DNA of 64,000 bases, from contig CAXBGT010000001.1 in the NCBI GenBank assembly GCA_963975265.1, forward strand, positions 13,130 through 77,129, in the 5' to 3' direction. This document shows, piece after piece, positions 1 to 9,951 of the stretch (positions are counted from its first letter, which is position 1; each line of letters opens with the position of its first letter). A program made the position numbers and the translations under genes. A model generated the notes under the pieces. The model had not been told where the DNA came from, ran no database searches, and was given only the letters and a program-made list of their open reading frames with translations. Source of the stretch: an uncultured Saprospirales bacterium. GTDB lineage: Bacteria; Bacteroidota; Bacteroidia; Chitinophagales; Saprospiraceae.

Positions 1-653
1 TTGACGGTATGGTAATGATGATTGTAATGACGTCTCTTTCCGTGATATACACTCCAAGTCAATGGTCTCCATGGTCTCCAAACATTTGGATAAACTCTCC
101 ATCTGAATGGTGACCTATATACTACATAATCAGGTCTGTAGATATGTCTTACTGAAGGCCATAGCCATACATTGACTATAATACGATTTACGAGGTAATC
201 AGCAGAAGGCCCACCTTTTCCATCTGAAGTAGCTTCTTCATCGAAAGGCTCTATATAATGGTCCTTCCCATATAAATAATCATCTCCTACTATTTGTAAA
301 GTTGCAGATTCTTTTCCTGTTTTTTCGACTTCTATAACAGCAATGTCCTGTGATTCTTCATCGGAAATAAGAGCTTGTAGGATTATTGCATGAACATCTC
401 CTTCCATATGTTCCTCTACTCTAATGTAATCAACATCCCCATCATCATTGAGATCAAGGTTGTTTACATCTGAGTCTTGATTGTTAAGCTGTTTTTCGAA
501 ATCCTCTAAAGAAGAAGCATTTTTAAAAGCATCTAAGGCTCCTTCTAGACTAAAATTATCTCCCAACAATCCTGTGGATTCTTCTTGAGCACTTAATTGA
601 TTGTTTATCGAGAACAGATTTATTACTAAAAATAAAATTATTAATCGTTTCAT
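1..653 (-). CDS. Hypothetical secreted protein, N-terminal 217 codons only (3' end lies beyond the left edge)
   Basis: Absent from the ORF track because it has no stop in the window. My translation of the minus strand from the ATG at 651-653 gives MKRLIILFLVINLFSINNQLSAQEESTGLLG...NNLDLNDDGDVDYIRVEEH...WRPWRPLTWSVYHGKRRHYNHHYHTV and stays open to base 1. The N-terminus is signal-peptide-like. DLNDDGDVDY resembles a DxDxDG calcium-binding loop. Confidence 0.6.
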   Translation of the reverse strand, partial: MKRLIILFLVINLFSINNQLSAQEESTGLLGDNFSLEGALDAFKNASSLEDFEKQLNNQDSDVNNLDLNDDGDVDYIRVEEHMEGDVHAIILQALISDEESQDIAVIEVEKTGKESATLQIVGDDYLYGKDHYIEPFDEEATSDGKGGPSADYLVNRIIVNVWLWPSVRHIYRPDYVVYRSPFRWRVYPNVWRPWRPLTWSVYHGKRRHYNHHYHTV

Positions 654-948
654 GTTTCAATTATTTTTTGATTACACATAAGACTACAATATATGCCTAG
701 GGTTTAATTTTATTTGAAATAAAATCAAATAACCTCTTTTGAAATCAAGAGAATAGTCAAGTTCTTAAACAAGAACTACCATTGAGTAATATACCTATGT
801 CTCATAAGAGGTAAACGATTTGGCGGTCATCTAATTTTCTGTAATATAGTGATAAAAAAATAGTCAGAAAACATATCTTGGCAGTTTGACGATTCCTTGA
901 TTCGAGCAGTTCTGCAAGAACAACGTTGTGAATTAACCTGAAGTTCTT

Positions 949-1872
949 CTAATTTACTATTTCAATAATCCGTTCCTTCAAAGTTACATCATCCCCACTC
1001 GTCACTTGCTCTGATTCTTGACTATAAATAACCCACCCTGAATTACTATGAATCTCCGATCCACCCCATATCTGTTTTGTTACAGTAGGAAAATCTTCAT
1101 AAGAAGGTAGTGATCCCTCAACAATATTAAGCGATTTTAGAAAATCGTAAGTCACAGCAGTTAATTGACGTGCATTGATATTCAGAAACGATTTTATAAT
1201 CGAGGTATTATTTTCAGGAAGTAACTCGTCCAAAACCATTGCGGCAGTAGCATCTAATGGGTCGCCTCCATAATTGTTAGGAATCTTAATATCTTCTGTA
1301 ATCGTTTCTCCAAGTTTGTACTTTGCACCATGATAGGTAAAATATTGACTTATGTCTCTTATTACAAAGGTTTCGATAGATGCTTTAGAAATGTACTTAC
1401 GTTTTGTTTGATTTATCGTAGTCAATAAAGTTGGCTTATCCGTATATTCCATGAGCAGGAGGCTACATTTGTCATTTACAGCATTGGATAAAGTTTCCCA
1501 GTTGAGTACCTGAACATTACTACCATAAACGTCAGTTGCCAATATAATCGGAATATCTGATAGTATAGCCTGTAACTGAACATCAAGGAAATTACTACTA
1601 GAAAATTGAAAATTGCTTCTTGTCCATTCGAGTATATATCCTACTGAGGTAGAATCACTAACCTTAATGTCTACATCAAATGAATTTACTTCTATAGACA
1701 TAGTATCCTCATTGGTCAATACAATCTCTGATTCTGTAAAGTGGTAATCTTGTACGTCTCCAAGCTTCCAATAAGAAATAACCTGAACAGTAGAGTCGCT
1801 CATATCAATCTGTGCTGACAAGGCTCCACTTCCAAAGATTATCAGCATAAAAAGTAAAATTTGTTTTTTCAT
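949..1872 (-). CDS. Hypothetical secreted protein, no domain recognised
   Basis: 307-aa ORF with a signal-peptide-like N-terminus (MKKQILLFMLIIFGSGALSAQ). It starts 19 bp downstream of the membrane-protein gene on the same strand, so it is probably co-transcribed. Confidence 0.7.
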   Translation of the reverse strand: MKKQILLFMLIIFGSGALSAQIDMSDSTVQVISYWKLGDVQDYHFTESEIVLTNEDTMSIEVNSFDVDIKVSDSTSVGYILEWTRSNFQFSSSNFLDVQLQAILSDIPIILATDVYGSNVQVLNWETLSNAVNDKCSLLLMEYTDKPTLLTTINQTKRKYISKASIETFVIRDISQYFTYHGAKYKLGETITEDIKIPNNYGGDPLDATAAMVLDELLPENNTSIIKSFLNINARQLTAVTYDFLKSLNIVEGSLPSYEDFPTVTKQIWGGSEIHSNSGWVIYSQESEQVTSGDDVTLKERIIEIVN

Positions 1873-1891
1873 ATAACTACTAGAAATCTAT

Positions 1892-3310
1892 TTATAATCC
1901 CCTAGCGACAAGTGCCATCAACTGAGCACATATCAATGCTCCATAGGTCCCAAGTGCATAACCCAATACAGCCATCAATACTCCAACAGGAGCTAAAGAA
2001 GGACTAAATGCAGATGCAACAATAGGAGCAGATGCAGCACCACCAATATTCGCTTGACTACCTACAGCTACGAAAAAGAAAGGTGCTCTAATCAATTTTG
2101 CAACCAATAACAATATCCCAACATGGATAAGCATCCAAATAATTCCAATGGCAAACAATCCAAGATTACTAAACACTTCACCTAAGTTCATTTTCATACC
2201 AATAGTTGCTACCAAAACGTAGATAAAAATTGATCCCCATCGAGATGCACCTACACCTTCTAGCTTTTTTGCTTTTGTAAAACTAAGGAATAGACCAATT
2301 GTAGTTGCAATAACAACCAACCAGAAAAAGCCTGATGTGAGAGATGTAAGATTCCATTTAGCAAGGGTCTCTTTGTGTGCCCCCAAGGCTGGAGAAATAA
2401 TATCGGATCCTAGATGCGCAAGTCCAACACCACCGAAGGCAACTGCCATAAGAACAAACAATTTGGTCGTTGTTGGCATTTCGGATATACTAGCTCTGTA
2501 GTCAGCAACTTTGTTTTTTAGATCTGTGATGGCACTGTTGTCCGCTTTGAATTTTTTATCTATTTTATCGCTGATATTAGCTCCATAGAGTAGGAAACCC
2601 ATCCAAATATTAGCGACAACAACATCTACTATTATCATGGTACCAAACAGATTATCCTTAACTTCATAAATTTCTTTCATAGCTGCCTGATTGGCTCCAC
2701 CTCCAATCCAACTTCCAGCTATAGTCGATAGTCCCCTCCATAATTCGTCAGGGTTGGCTCCGATTACTCCAGGCATCAACTTACTTGCCGCTAATAATGC
2801 AATCGGTCCACCAATGATAATACCTACAGTGGCCGCCCCAAACATGATAAGCGCTTTTGGCCCTAGATTAACAAGTCCTTTTAAATCGATTCCAAGACAT
2901 AAAAGCAACAAACTTGCAGGCAACAAATATCGAGATGCTACAAAATACAACTGAGAATGGCCCTGAAAGCCACTATATAGAGCTTTATCAATTCCCTTAG
3001 TCTCGAACAAAGATGTGATATCATTGTAGTTCATATCTTGCGTAAGTGCAATGCCTACTGATTGTGCAAAGTCATATATGCCAGCTTCATACCAATGAGG
3101 TGCAATTAAACCCAACGGCCAATTTAATAGCGCTGGAACAAAATAACAAAGCAATAATGAAGGTACATAAGTATAAAATTTCTTCCATCCAGGTGAGTCT
3201 AAACTACTAGTATGAAAAATAAAAGCGAGTACAGCCATCAGTATCCCTAGCACTACGGCATCATTGGTAAACACTGGCCTTGCATCTAGTAAAAACATCA
3301 AAGGGGACAT
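1892..3310 (-). CDS. Polytopic integral membrane protein, DUF819-like (tentative family call)
   Basis: 472-aa ORF that is hydrophobic throughout with many predicted TM segments. The N-terminus (NDAVVLGILMAVLAFIFHTSS) and overall size recall DUF819 family proteins. The family is assigned from memory only. Confidence 0.6.
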   Translation of the reverse strand: MSPLMFLLDARPVFTNDAVVLGILMAVLAFIFHTSSLDSPGWKKFYTYVPSLLLCYFVPALLNWPLGLIAPHWYEAGIYDFAQSVGIALTQDMNYNDITSLFETKGIDKALYSGFQGHSQLYFVASRYLLPASLLLLCLGIDLKGLVNLGPKALIMFGAATVGIIIGGPIALLAASKLMPGVIGANPDELWRGLSTIAGSWIGGGANQAAMKEIYEVKDNLFGTMIIVDVVVANIWMGFLLYGANISDKIDKKFKADNSAITDLKNKVADYRASISEMPTTTKLFVLMAVAFGGVGLAHLGSDIISPALGAHKETLAKWNLTSLTSGFFWLVVIATTIGLFLSFTKAKKLEGVGASRWGSIFIYVLVATIGMKMNLGEVFSNLGLFAIGIIWMLIHVGILLLVAKLIRAPFFFVAVGSQANIGGAASAPIVASAFSPSLAPVGVLMAVLGYALGTYGALICAQLMALVARGL

Positions 3311-3420
3311 ATAAAGTTTGTTTTATGAAAGGGTAAGATAATAAAGTTGTTTGTTTTAGTTTTGTCAATTGCAAGGGATGAAAAAATTAGTTGATATTAT
3401 CCTAATTTAAAAAAGTAAAT

Positions 3421-3891
3421 ATGGGTATTGAAATAGAAAGAAAATTTCTTCTTAAGAACGAAGATTGGCGATTAGAAGTAAAGTCAAATACAACCATAAA
3501 ACAAGGATATCTCAATTCTAATAATAAGAGAACAGTTAGAGTTAGGGTTCGAGACGATAAAGGTTATCTCACTATAAAGGGGATAAGTGTAAATGCTTCT
3601 AGGCAAGAATTTGAATATGAGATACCTATATCGGACGCAGAATCATTGTTACTTATTTGCGAAAAGCCTATCATAGAAAAAATAAGATTTATAGTCCTAA
3701 TCGATGATAAAACATGGGAGATAGATGAATTCGATGGAGTAAATAAAGGTCTAATTTTGGCTGAAATAGAATTAGAATCTGAAGAAGCAATATTCAGAAT
3801 ACCATCTTGGGTAGGTAAAGAAATTACCCTCGATTCTAGATATTTCAATTCGAATCTGATCAATCATCCATTTTCAATGTTTAATAAATAG
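3421..3891 (+). CDS. CYTH domain protein (triphosphate tunnel metalloenzyme family)
   Basis: 156 aa. The N-terminal IEIERKFL contains the ExExK signature of CYTH/class IV adenylate cyclase-like proteins, and the size is typical for this family. Confidence 0.8.
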   Translation: MGIEIERKFLLKNEDWRLEVKSNTTIKQGYLNSNNKRTVRVRVRDDKGYLTIKGISVNASRQEFEYEIPISDAESLLLICEKPIIEKIRFIVLIDDKTWEIDEFDGVNKGLILAEIELESEEAIFRIPSWVGKEITLDSRYFNSNLINHPFSMFNK

Positions 3892-3974
3892 GTTATAATT
3901 TCTTGTTAAATCAGTAATACTAAGTACTGAACGCGCAACATTCTGTAGTTTTATAGCTAGAAACGAATTCCGAT

Positions 3975-5441
3975 ATGAAAAAAAGCACGATGTATCTTAT
4001 CATTTTTGTCATGGCGTTGTCCATGATTGGGATAGGTATGATCCAGTTTATTTGGTTTGCATCTTCAGTTGAGCAGGATAAGAAAAACTTTGATGACAAA
4101 GTAAAAATAGCAATGGGTATCGTCAAAGAGAGCCTTATGAAAGATGCTCATGAAGGAGATGTGATGATGAAGAAGTGGGATGAGTACAAAAGGAATAAGA
4201 ACAGTAAACCGTTTTTACTTAAAGAGTATAAAGAATTCCACAATATTGTCAAAAAGATAAAAGACAATAAAAAATATGAGAATATTGACTTAAACGGATC
4301 TGATATGTTGGTCAATCCAAATTCATTTCTAGAGCGAATACAAATCGATTATCTTGATACTTATCTAAAACACGAAATAGAACAACAAGACATAAACTTA
4401 GATTTTGATTATGGTGTGTATTCTAAAAAGGAGATGAGTTTCATCATTATGAATGGTCATTTTACCGCTTCGATTGGTACAACAAATCAGTCCACCAATG
4501 TAGAAATGGGAAATGAACTTTATAACAGTGAATATAAAATACCATTATTTGATACAGCAATCTCAAATGCTGCAGAAGGGGATCCTATTGATAATGCTCC
4601 TGGGTATCTGCAAGTTTATTTTCCAAATAAAGAGAAAGCCTTGTGGAGTGCCGTAATACCTTCCCTACTGATGAGTATACTATTTACTGGATTGGTCCTA
4701 TTTTGCTTTGGGTTTGTGATGTATGTGATCCAGCGTCAGAAGCAGGTCTCTGAGATGAAAACTGATTTCATCAATAATATGACACATGAATTCAAAACCC
4801 CAATAGCAACTATATCTTTAGCTTCTGACTCTATAGCTAGTCCTATGATATTGAATAGTCCTGATAAAGTTCTGCGTTTTACTAATATCATAAAACAAGA
4901 GAATACAAGGATGCTCAACCAAGTGGAAAAAGTGCTTCAAATGGCAATGCTTGATAAAAAAGATTTCCAATTGAAACTAAGTTTTATTGATGTTCATGAC
5001 CTGATAAGTACCGCCGTTGAACATATGAGCCTTAAAGTATTAAAAAGAAATGGTATATTGCGGACTGATTTGAAAGCAAATCTAACAACGTTAAATGCTG
5101 ATGCTACTCACCTAAGTAATATTATCCACAATCTATTAGACAATGCTGAAAAGTACTCTTCCGAAAAAGTTGATATTCTAATAGGAACTGAAAATACAAA
5201 ATCAGGAATTCTGATCAATATTACAGATAATGGCATAGGAATGACAAAAGACCAACTAAAAAACATTTTTGAAAAATTTTACCGTGCTCATACGGGTAAC
5301 ATCCACGATGTCAAGGGCTTCGGCCTAGGCCTCAGCTATGTTAAGGCTATCGTAGATTCCCACGGAGGTACTATAAATGTCAAAAGTGAAATAGGAAAAG
5401 GAAGTACCTTTTCTATATATCTACCCCAAAATGCAGCTTAA
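3975..5441 (+). CDS. Sensor histidine kinase (two TM segments, HisKA + HATPase_c)
   Basis: H-box MTHEFKTPIATI, N-box HNLLDNAEKYS, G1 box DNGIGM and G2 box GFGLGLSY. There is an N-terminal TM segment and a second TM near residue 230. Confidence 0.9.
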   Translation: MKKSTMYLIIFVMALSMIGIGMIQFIWFASSVEQDKKNFDDKVKIAMGIVKESLMKDAHEGDVMMKKWDEYKRNKNSKPFLLKEYKEFHNIVKKIKDNKKYENIDLNGSDMLVNPNSFLERIQIDYLDTYLKHEIEQQDINLDFDYGVYSKKEMSFIIMNGHFTASIGTTNQSTNVEMGNELYNSEYKIPLFDTAISNAAEGDPIDNAPGYLQVYFPNKEKALWSAVIPSLLMSILFTGLVLFCFGFVMYVIQRQKQVSEMKTDFINNMTHEFKTPIATISLASDSIASPMILNSPDKVLRFTNIIKQENTRMLNQVEKVLQMAMLDKKDFQLKLSFIDVHDLISTAVEHMSLKVLKRNGILRTDLKANLTTLNADATHLSNIIHNLLDNAEKYSSEKVDILIGTENTKSGILINITDNGIGMTKDQLKNIFEKFYRAHTGNIHDVKGFGLGLSYVKAIVDSHGGTINVKSEIGKGSTFSIYLPQNAA

Positions 5442-5494
5442 CTTACCCTTAAGTATTAAGGTATCTATTTAAACAAAACACTTTATTGTAAAGC

Positions 5495-6211
5495 ATGGCA
5501 TTTAAAATATTATTAGTAGAAGACGACCAAAACTTCGGAGATGTGTTAAGATCATATCTTGAAATGCATGAGTATGACGTTACTCTAGCAACCGATGGTG
5601 AAGAAGGACTTAAGGCCTTTAAGAAAGGTGAATTTGATCTTACCATTACAGATGTAATGATGCCCAAAAAAGACGGTTTTTCTCTTGCTCGAGATATTCG
5701 AGAAGAAAACAAAGAGATGCCGATCATCTTCCTTACAGCAAAAACACTCAAAGAAGATGTTTTAGAAGGATTTAAAATCGGTGCAGACGACTACATCACT
5801 AAGCCGTTCAACTCTGAAGAATTACTCTATAGAGTGATGGCTGTTCTGAAACGAACTCAGAAAGCACCGGATCCTAAAGAAGAAATCAAGGAATTTGAGA
5901 TTAGTAGTTATCATTTCAATTATCCATTGAGAATACTAACTTACACAGGAAATGGTGAAAAGACAAAAGAGAAGTTGTCTCCAAAAGAGGCTCACCTGCT
6001 TCGTATGTTTTGTATGCACAAAAATGATGTCCTACCAAGATCTACAGCTTTGAAAAAAATCTGGGGTGAAGACAATTATTTCACTGCGAGGAGTATGGAT
6101 GTATTCGTTACAAAATTGAGAAAATACTTGGCTCAAGACGAAAATATTGAAATCGTAAATATTCATGGAAATGGATTCAGGTTATTGGTCAAAAGTGAAG
6201 TAGAGGACTAA
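5495..6211 (+). CDS. OmpR-family response regulator (receiver + winged-helix)
   Basis: ILLVEDD, TDVMMPKKDG (phospho-acceptor Asp) and FLTAK receiver motifs, with a C-terminal trans_reg_C-like region (LSPKEAHLLRMF...FRL). It starts 53 bp after the kinase gene. Confidence 0.9.
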   Translation: MAFKILLVEDDQNFGDVLRSYLEMHEYDVTLATDGEEGLKAFKKGEFDLTITDVMMPKKDGFSLARDIREENKEMPIIFLTAKTLKEDVLEGFKIGADDYITKPFNSEELLYRVMAVLKRTQKAPDPKEEIKEFEISSYHFNYPLRILTYTGNGEKTKEKLSPKEAHLLRMFCMHKNDVLPRSTALKKIWGEDNYFTARSMDVFVTKLRKYLAQDENIEIVNIHGNGFRLLVKSEVED

Positions 6212-6261
6212 AAATTGACAACTTTAGTGACACCTAGTGTGTTGAACTATAAATGCATAAA

Positions 6262-6296
6262 GTGGATTCCTGATTTCAGGGATCCATTTTATTTTA
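6262..6296 (+). terminator. Rho-independent terminator after the response regulator gene
   Basis: Stem TGGATTCCT (6263-6271) pairs with AGGGATCCA (6278-6286) over 9 bp including one G-U, with a 6-nt loop, followed by TTTTATTTT. Confidence 0.6.
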
Positions 6297-6875
6297 GAGT
6301 TGTTCTTAAGTATAAAATGAAGAGGTGTAGATTATTTAATTTCGTTGTTTTAGCGATTTGCTTCTTGACTTCTTACAAATTAATTAATAATTAATTGCTG
6401 ACTTTGAATCAAACATTAATTTGTCCAGATCTATTATCAGGAGGAATATGGCTGATTCTACTATTATGTAATAAATTAATTGAAGACAATTTTTATAAAA
6501 TTGCATCTAGCAAATATCTCCCAATCAATTATATTCACCAATATCCAAAATCGCATCTCGAAAATATATTAAAAGACAGTAACAGATAAGTACTTAAATT
6601 TGACTATGAGAATAGTTATTATAATTGCTTAGAAACTTATAGCTCAAAGGAAAATACTATTCTGGGTCATTATTTAAAAACTATTGATGCTGTAAGAGAT
6701 CTCTCACCAACAGTCGTTTATAATAGTTAGGGTCAAATGAAATGGACAAAACACAAGATGATATAATCTTTATCATTGAAATAGATTATTTTGCATTAAT
6801 GAATGAATAAAGATGAGTACAAACAATGTTCAGAAAGTTATTTATCTCGAAAATCAAGCATAAAAAAAGCGGCGT

Positions 6876-8180
6876 ATGGCAGAAAAAATAGAAATAGAAG
6901 AATTGAAACAAGCCGTTTCTAAGTCTCCTGAGAATACTTATTTGAGGATGTTATTGATTCGAAAGATGCAACAATATGATGGCTACAAAGAAGAGCTTGA
7001 AGGTCAGGTAAACACATTGTTGCAGTTCGATCCCAATAATAAAGAAGCCAAAGAACTCTTAGCGCAGATTGCCTTTGATAAAGGTAGAACATCAACTTGT
7101 ATCATCATCTTGGAGGAACTTGACAACAGAGATGTGTTATCCACAAATGGTAAGCTGATACTTGCAAAAGCATATCTCAAAGAAGAGAACCATGATAGAG
7201 CAAAAGAACTATATGAAATGGTACTCTTAATGGATCCAGATGCCACAGATGAAAACTTAGATACTGCCTTCAGAATGAGGGCTACAGAATCTACTGATAA
7301 TTATGACGATTCTTTTCTAGAAAAACCAGATGTAAAGTTTGCAGATGTAGGAGGTTTAGAAAATGTCAAAAAAGAGATTGATCTCAAAATTATTAAACCT
7401 CTCGATAATCCAGAATTATACGCTGCGTATGGTAAAAAAATAGGTGGTGGTATATTACTCTATGGTCCTCCGGGCTGTGGTAAAACCTTTCTTGCAAAAG
7501 CAACGGCGGGAGAAATCAATGCTGCATTCATAAATGTAAGCCTAAATGACATCCTAGATATGTGGCATGGGAATAGTGAGAAAAACCTCCACAATATATT
7601 TGCAAAAGCCAGGCAAAATACACCATGTGTAGTGTTTTTTGATGAAATAGATGCATTGGCAGCTAAACGGTCAGACATGTTGCAGTCAGCCGGTAAGAAA
7701 GTAATAAATCAATTCCTGAATGAACTAGATGGAATCCAGCATGACAATGAAGGGTTGTTGATTGTAGGAGCGACTAATACACCATGGCATCTTGATTCCG
7801 CATTTCGTAGACCTGGAAGATTTGATCGAATCATTTTTGTACCTCCTCCAGATATTTCAAGTAAAGAAGAAATCTTAAAGCTGAAGTTGAAAGATAAACC
7901 AACAGAAAATATAGATTTCAAAAAAATTGCCAAACGAACTAAAAATTATTCCGGAGCAGATATAAACGCACTAATCGATATAGCGATTGAAGCCAAATTA
8001 GAGGAAGCGCTTCAAACAGGGGTCCCAAAGCCTATCACCACAAAAGATTTAATAATTGCAAGTGATAAACACAAAGCATCTACTATTGATTGGTTCAATA
8101 CTGCTAAAAACTACGCAACATTTGCCAACCAAAGTGGATTGTATGATGATGTGATGCAGTATATCAAAAAAGAGTTATAA
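6876..8180 (+). CDS. TPR-like N-terminal domain fused to a classical-clade AAA ATPase (CDC48/FtsH/Vps4-like module)
   Basis: Walker A GPPGCGKT, Walker B VVFFDEIDAL, and second region of homology ATNTPWHLDSAFRRPGRFDRII. The N-terminal ~140 aa are helical-repeat/TPR-like. Confidence 0.9.
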   Translation: MAEKIEIEELKQAVSKSPENTYLRMLLIRKMQQYDGYKEELEGQVNTLLQFDPNNKEAKELLAQIAFDKGRTSTCIIILEELDNRDVLSTNGKLILAKAYLKEENHDRAKELYEMVLLMDPDATDENLDTAFRMRATESTDNYDDSFLEKPDVKFADVGGLENVKKEIDLKIIKPLDNPELYAAYGKKIGGGILLYGPPGCGKTFLAKATAGEINAAFINVSLNDILDMWHGNSEKNLHNIFAKARQNTPCVVFFDEIDALAAKRSDMLQSAGKKVINQFLNELDGIQHDNEGLLIVGATNTPWHLDSAFRRPGRFDRIIFVPPPDISSKEEILKLKLKDKPTENIDFKKIAKRTKNYSGADINALIDIAIEAKLEEALQTGVPKPITTKDLIIASDKHKASTIDWFNTAKNYATFANQSGLYDDVMQYIKKEL

Positions 8181-8257
8181 AACTTAGAAAAAGAGGGGTC
8201 AATCCACCCAAAATAGAACCTCAGTATAATATTACTTATGTATGGAGTCCAAGTCGC

Positions 8258-8288
8258 CATTTATAAAATTTTCCAAATTTTATAAATG
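8258..8288. repeat. Perfect 14-bp inverted repeat CATTTATAAAATTT-tcc-AAATTTTATAAATG
   Basis: Read directly from the sequence. It lies 78 bp after the AAA ATPase stop and 106 bp before the ATG at 8395. It is almost pure A/T and has no T-run after it, so it is a candidate operator rather than a terminator. Confidence 0.5.
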
Positions 8289-8394
8289 TTGCAATTCGGA
8301 CCTTCATCCTCTAGTACTCAATAATGTCCTGCTTTGTACAGTATTACAACTTTAAACAACTTATTTTTGTATCCTTTTAGAAAATTTTAAATAA

Positions 8395-8730
8395 ATGAGC
8401 AAAGGCTATTTTCAACCAGAAGACCTGAAAAAATTTCCGCAGATTACTGAATTCCAAGAAGAAATGGGAAAGAAGTTCTTCGATTATTACGGAACGGTAT
8501 TCGAAGAAGGTGCATTGACTAAAAGAGAAAAATGCTTAATCGCACTTGCTGTGGCACATGCAATCAATTGTCCTTATTGTATGGACTCTTATACTGGTGC
8601 TAGCTTATCGAACGGAGCAGATGAAGAGCAGATGATGGAAGCAGTACATGTAGCTGCAGCCATTAAAAGTGGTGCAACATTGGCCAATAGTGTTATGATG
8701 ATGAATCAAGTGAAAGAAAAATTAATGTAA
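8395..8730 (+). CDS. Carboxymuconolactone decarboxylase-family protein (arsenosugar biosynthesis-associated peroxidase-like type)
   Basis: 111 aa with an AhpD/CMD-like core carrying a CxxC motif (HAINCPYCMDSY). It sits 6 bp upstream of an ArsS-type radical SAM gene, which is the usual pairing. Confidence 0.75.
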   Translation: MSKGYFQPEDLKKFPQITEFQEEMGKKFFDYYGTVFEEGALTKREKCLIALAVAHAINCPYCMDSYTGASLSNGADEEQMMEAVHVAAAIKSGATLANSVMMMNQVKEKLM

Positions 8731-8736
8731 TCTGGA

Positions 8737-9792
8737 ATGGGAGTAAAACAAAGAACAAAATCACTCAAAAAATCGAATAATGCACTGTCTGATACTTTCG
8801 TGCAATTAAAAGTATTGAATGGTACTGATGTAGAAGGAAAGGATTTTGAGAAGTTTGGTGATAAGGTTGGATATGCAATCAAGCCAAATTCTGTTGAAAT
8901 ATTTCAACTTAATATAGGTAAACTCTGTAATCAAACTTGTTCCCATTGCCACGTAGATGCTGGCCCTGATCGTAAAGTGGAAAACATGGATAAGGAGACA
9001 CTTCAAAAATGTCTTAATATCGTGAGAGAGCATAAAATATTTACAGTAGACATCACAGGTGGTGCCCCAGAAATGAACGCGCACTTCAGATGGTTCGTAG
9101 AAGAATGTACAGCGATGGGCGTTAGAGTGATGAACAGATGCAATTTGACCATCATCAAGGCGAATCCAAAGTATGCAGATCTCCCACAATTCTTTGCTGA
9201 TAATAATGTGCATATCATCTCATCACTTCCATATTTCACTAAAACAAGAACAGACAGTCAAAGAGGAGATGGTGTATTTGAAGATAGTATAGCGGCACTT
9301 CAAGAACTCAATGCTGTAGGATATGGTATTGACGGTACTGATTTACAGATGGATTTGGTTTTTAATCCTTCAGGCGCTTTCTTACCAGGAGATCAAGCAT
9401 CATTGGAAGCGGAATTCAAAAGACAACTGAAAAGAAGATATAACATAGAATTCAATAATCTTTTTGCAATTACCAATCTACCTGTTGCTCGATTCTTAGA
9501 TTATCTCGTAGAATCAGGCAACTATAGTCAATACATGACCGAACTTATAGAGGCATATAATCCCGCTACTATTATGGGACTTATGTGTAGAAATACCATC
9601 AGCGTATCATGGGAAGGTTACGTATACGATTGTGATTTCAATCAAATGCTCGATCTCAAAGTAGCCGCTAAGTCACAACATATCGATGATTTTAATATGG
9701 AAGCATTGATGGGTCGGGACATTGTACTGAATCAACATTGCTATGGATGTACAGCAGGTGCAGGAAGTAGTTGTGGTGGAGAGATAGTTTAG
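8737..9792 (+). CDS. arsS: Radical SAM / Cys-rich domain protein, ArsS type
   Basis: CNQTCSHC is the CxxxCxxC radical SAM cluster motif. The C-terminal Cys-rich tail (CYGCTAGAGSSCGG) and the length of 351 aa fit the ArsS family. It is paired with the CMD-like gene. Confidence 0.75.
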   Translation: MGVKQRTKSLKKSNNALSDTFVQLKVLNGTDVEGKDFEKFGDKVGYAIKPNSVEIFQLNIGKLCNQTCSHCHVDAGPDRKVENMDKETLQKCLNIVREHKIFTVDITGGAPEMNAHFRWFVEECTAMGVRVMNRCNLTIIKANPKYADLPQFFADNNVHIISSLPYFTKTRTDSQRGDGVFEDSIAALQELNAVGYGIDGTDLQMDLVFNPSGAFLPGDQASLEAEFKRQLKRRYNIEFNNLFAITNLPVARFLDYLVESGNYSQYMTELIEAYNPATIMGLMCRNTISVSWEGYVYDCDFNQMLDLKVAAKSQHIDDFNMEALMGRDIVLNQHCYGCTAGAGSSCGGEIV

Positions 9793-9951
9793 CTTAAAAT
9801 TCTGAATATTAGACCTTTAAATAACATTCTGTGTTTTTATTATTCTGATAGTCTTAAATTGCTCTGATATTATTTTTAGAATTTAATTTCCCATTTTCAC
9901 CTTGTTAAAACGAATAATTTAGTAAATAGCAGTTCTAACAAACTTACTGCT

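Noticed and set aside
760-921. Palindromes sharing AGTTCT / AGAACT half-sites (AGTTCTTaaacAAGAACT at 760-777, GTTCTgcaAGAAC at 909-921) as operator sites.
   Set aside because: The arms are short (5-7 bp) and there are only two copies. The first may simply be a weak terminator hairpin. The evidence is not distinctive enough.
3421-6211. CYTH protein plus histidine kinase/response regulator as one signalling module.
   Set aside because: The only evidence is adjacency on the same strand with an 83-bp gap. All three are common stand-alone families, and I know of no established functional link.
6395-6589. 64-aa TTG-initiated ORF as a real gene.
   Set aside because: It has no ATG and an odd hydrophobic N-terminus, and the same frame continues after a TAA. 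I treat it as a possible gene remnant (see findings), not as a functional CDS.
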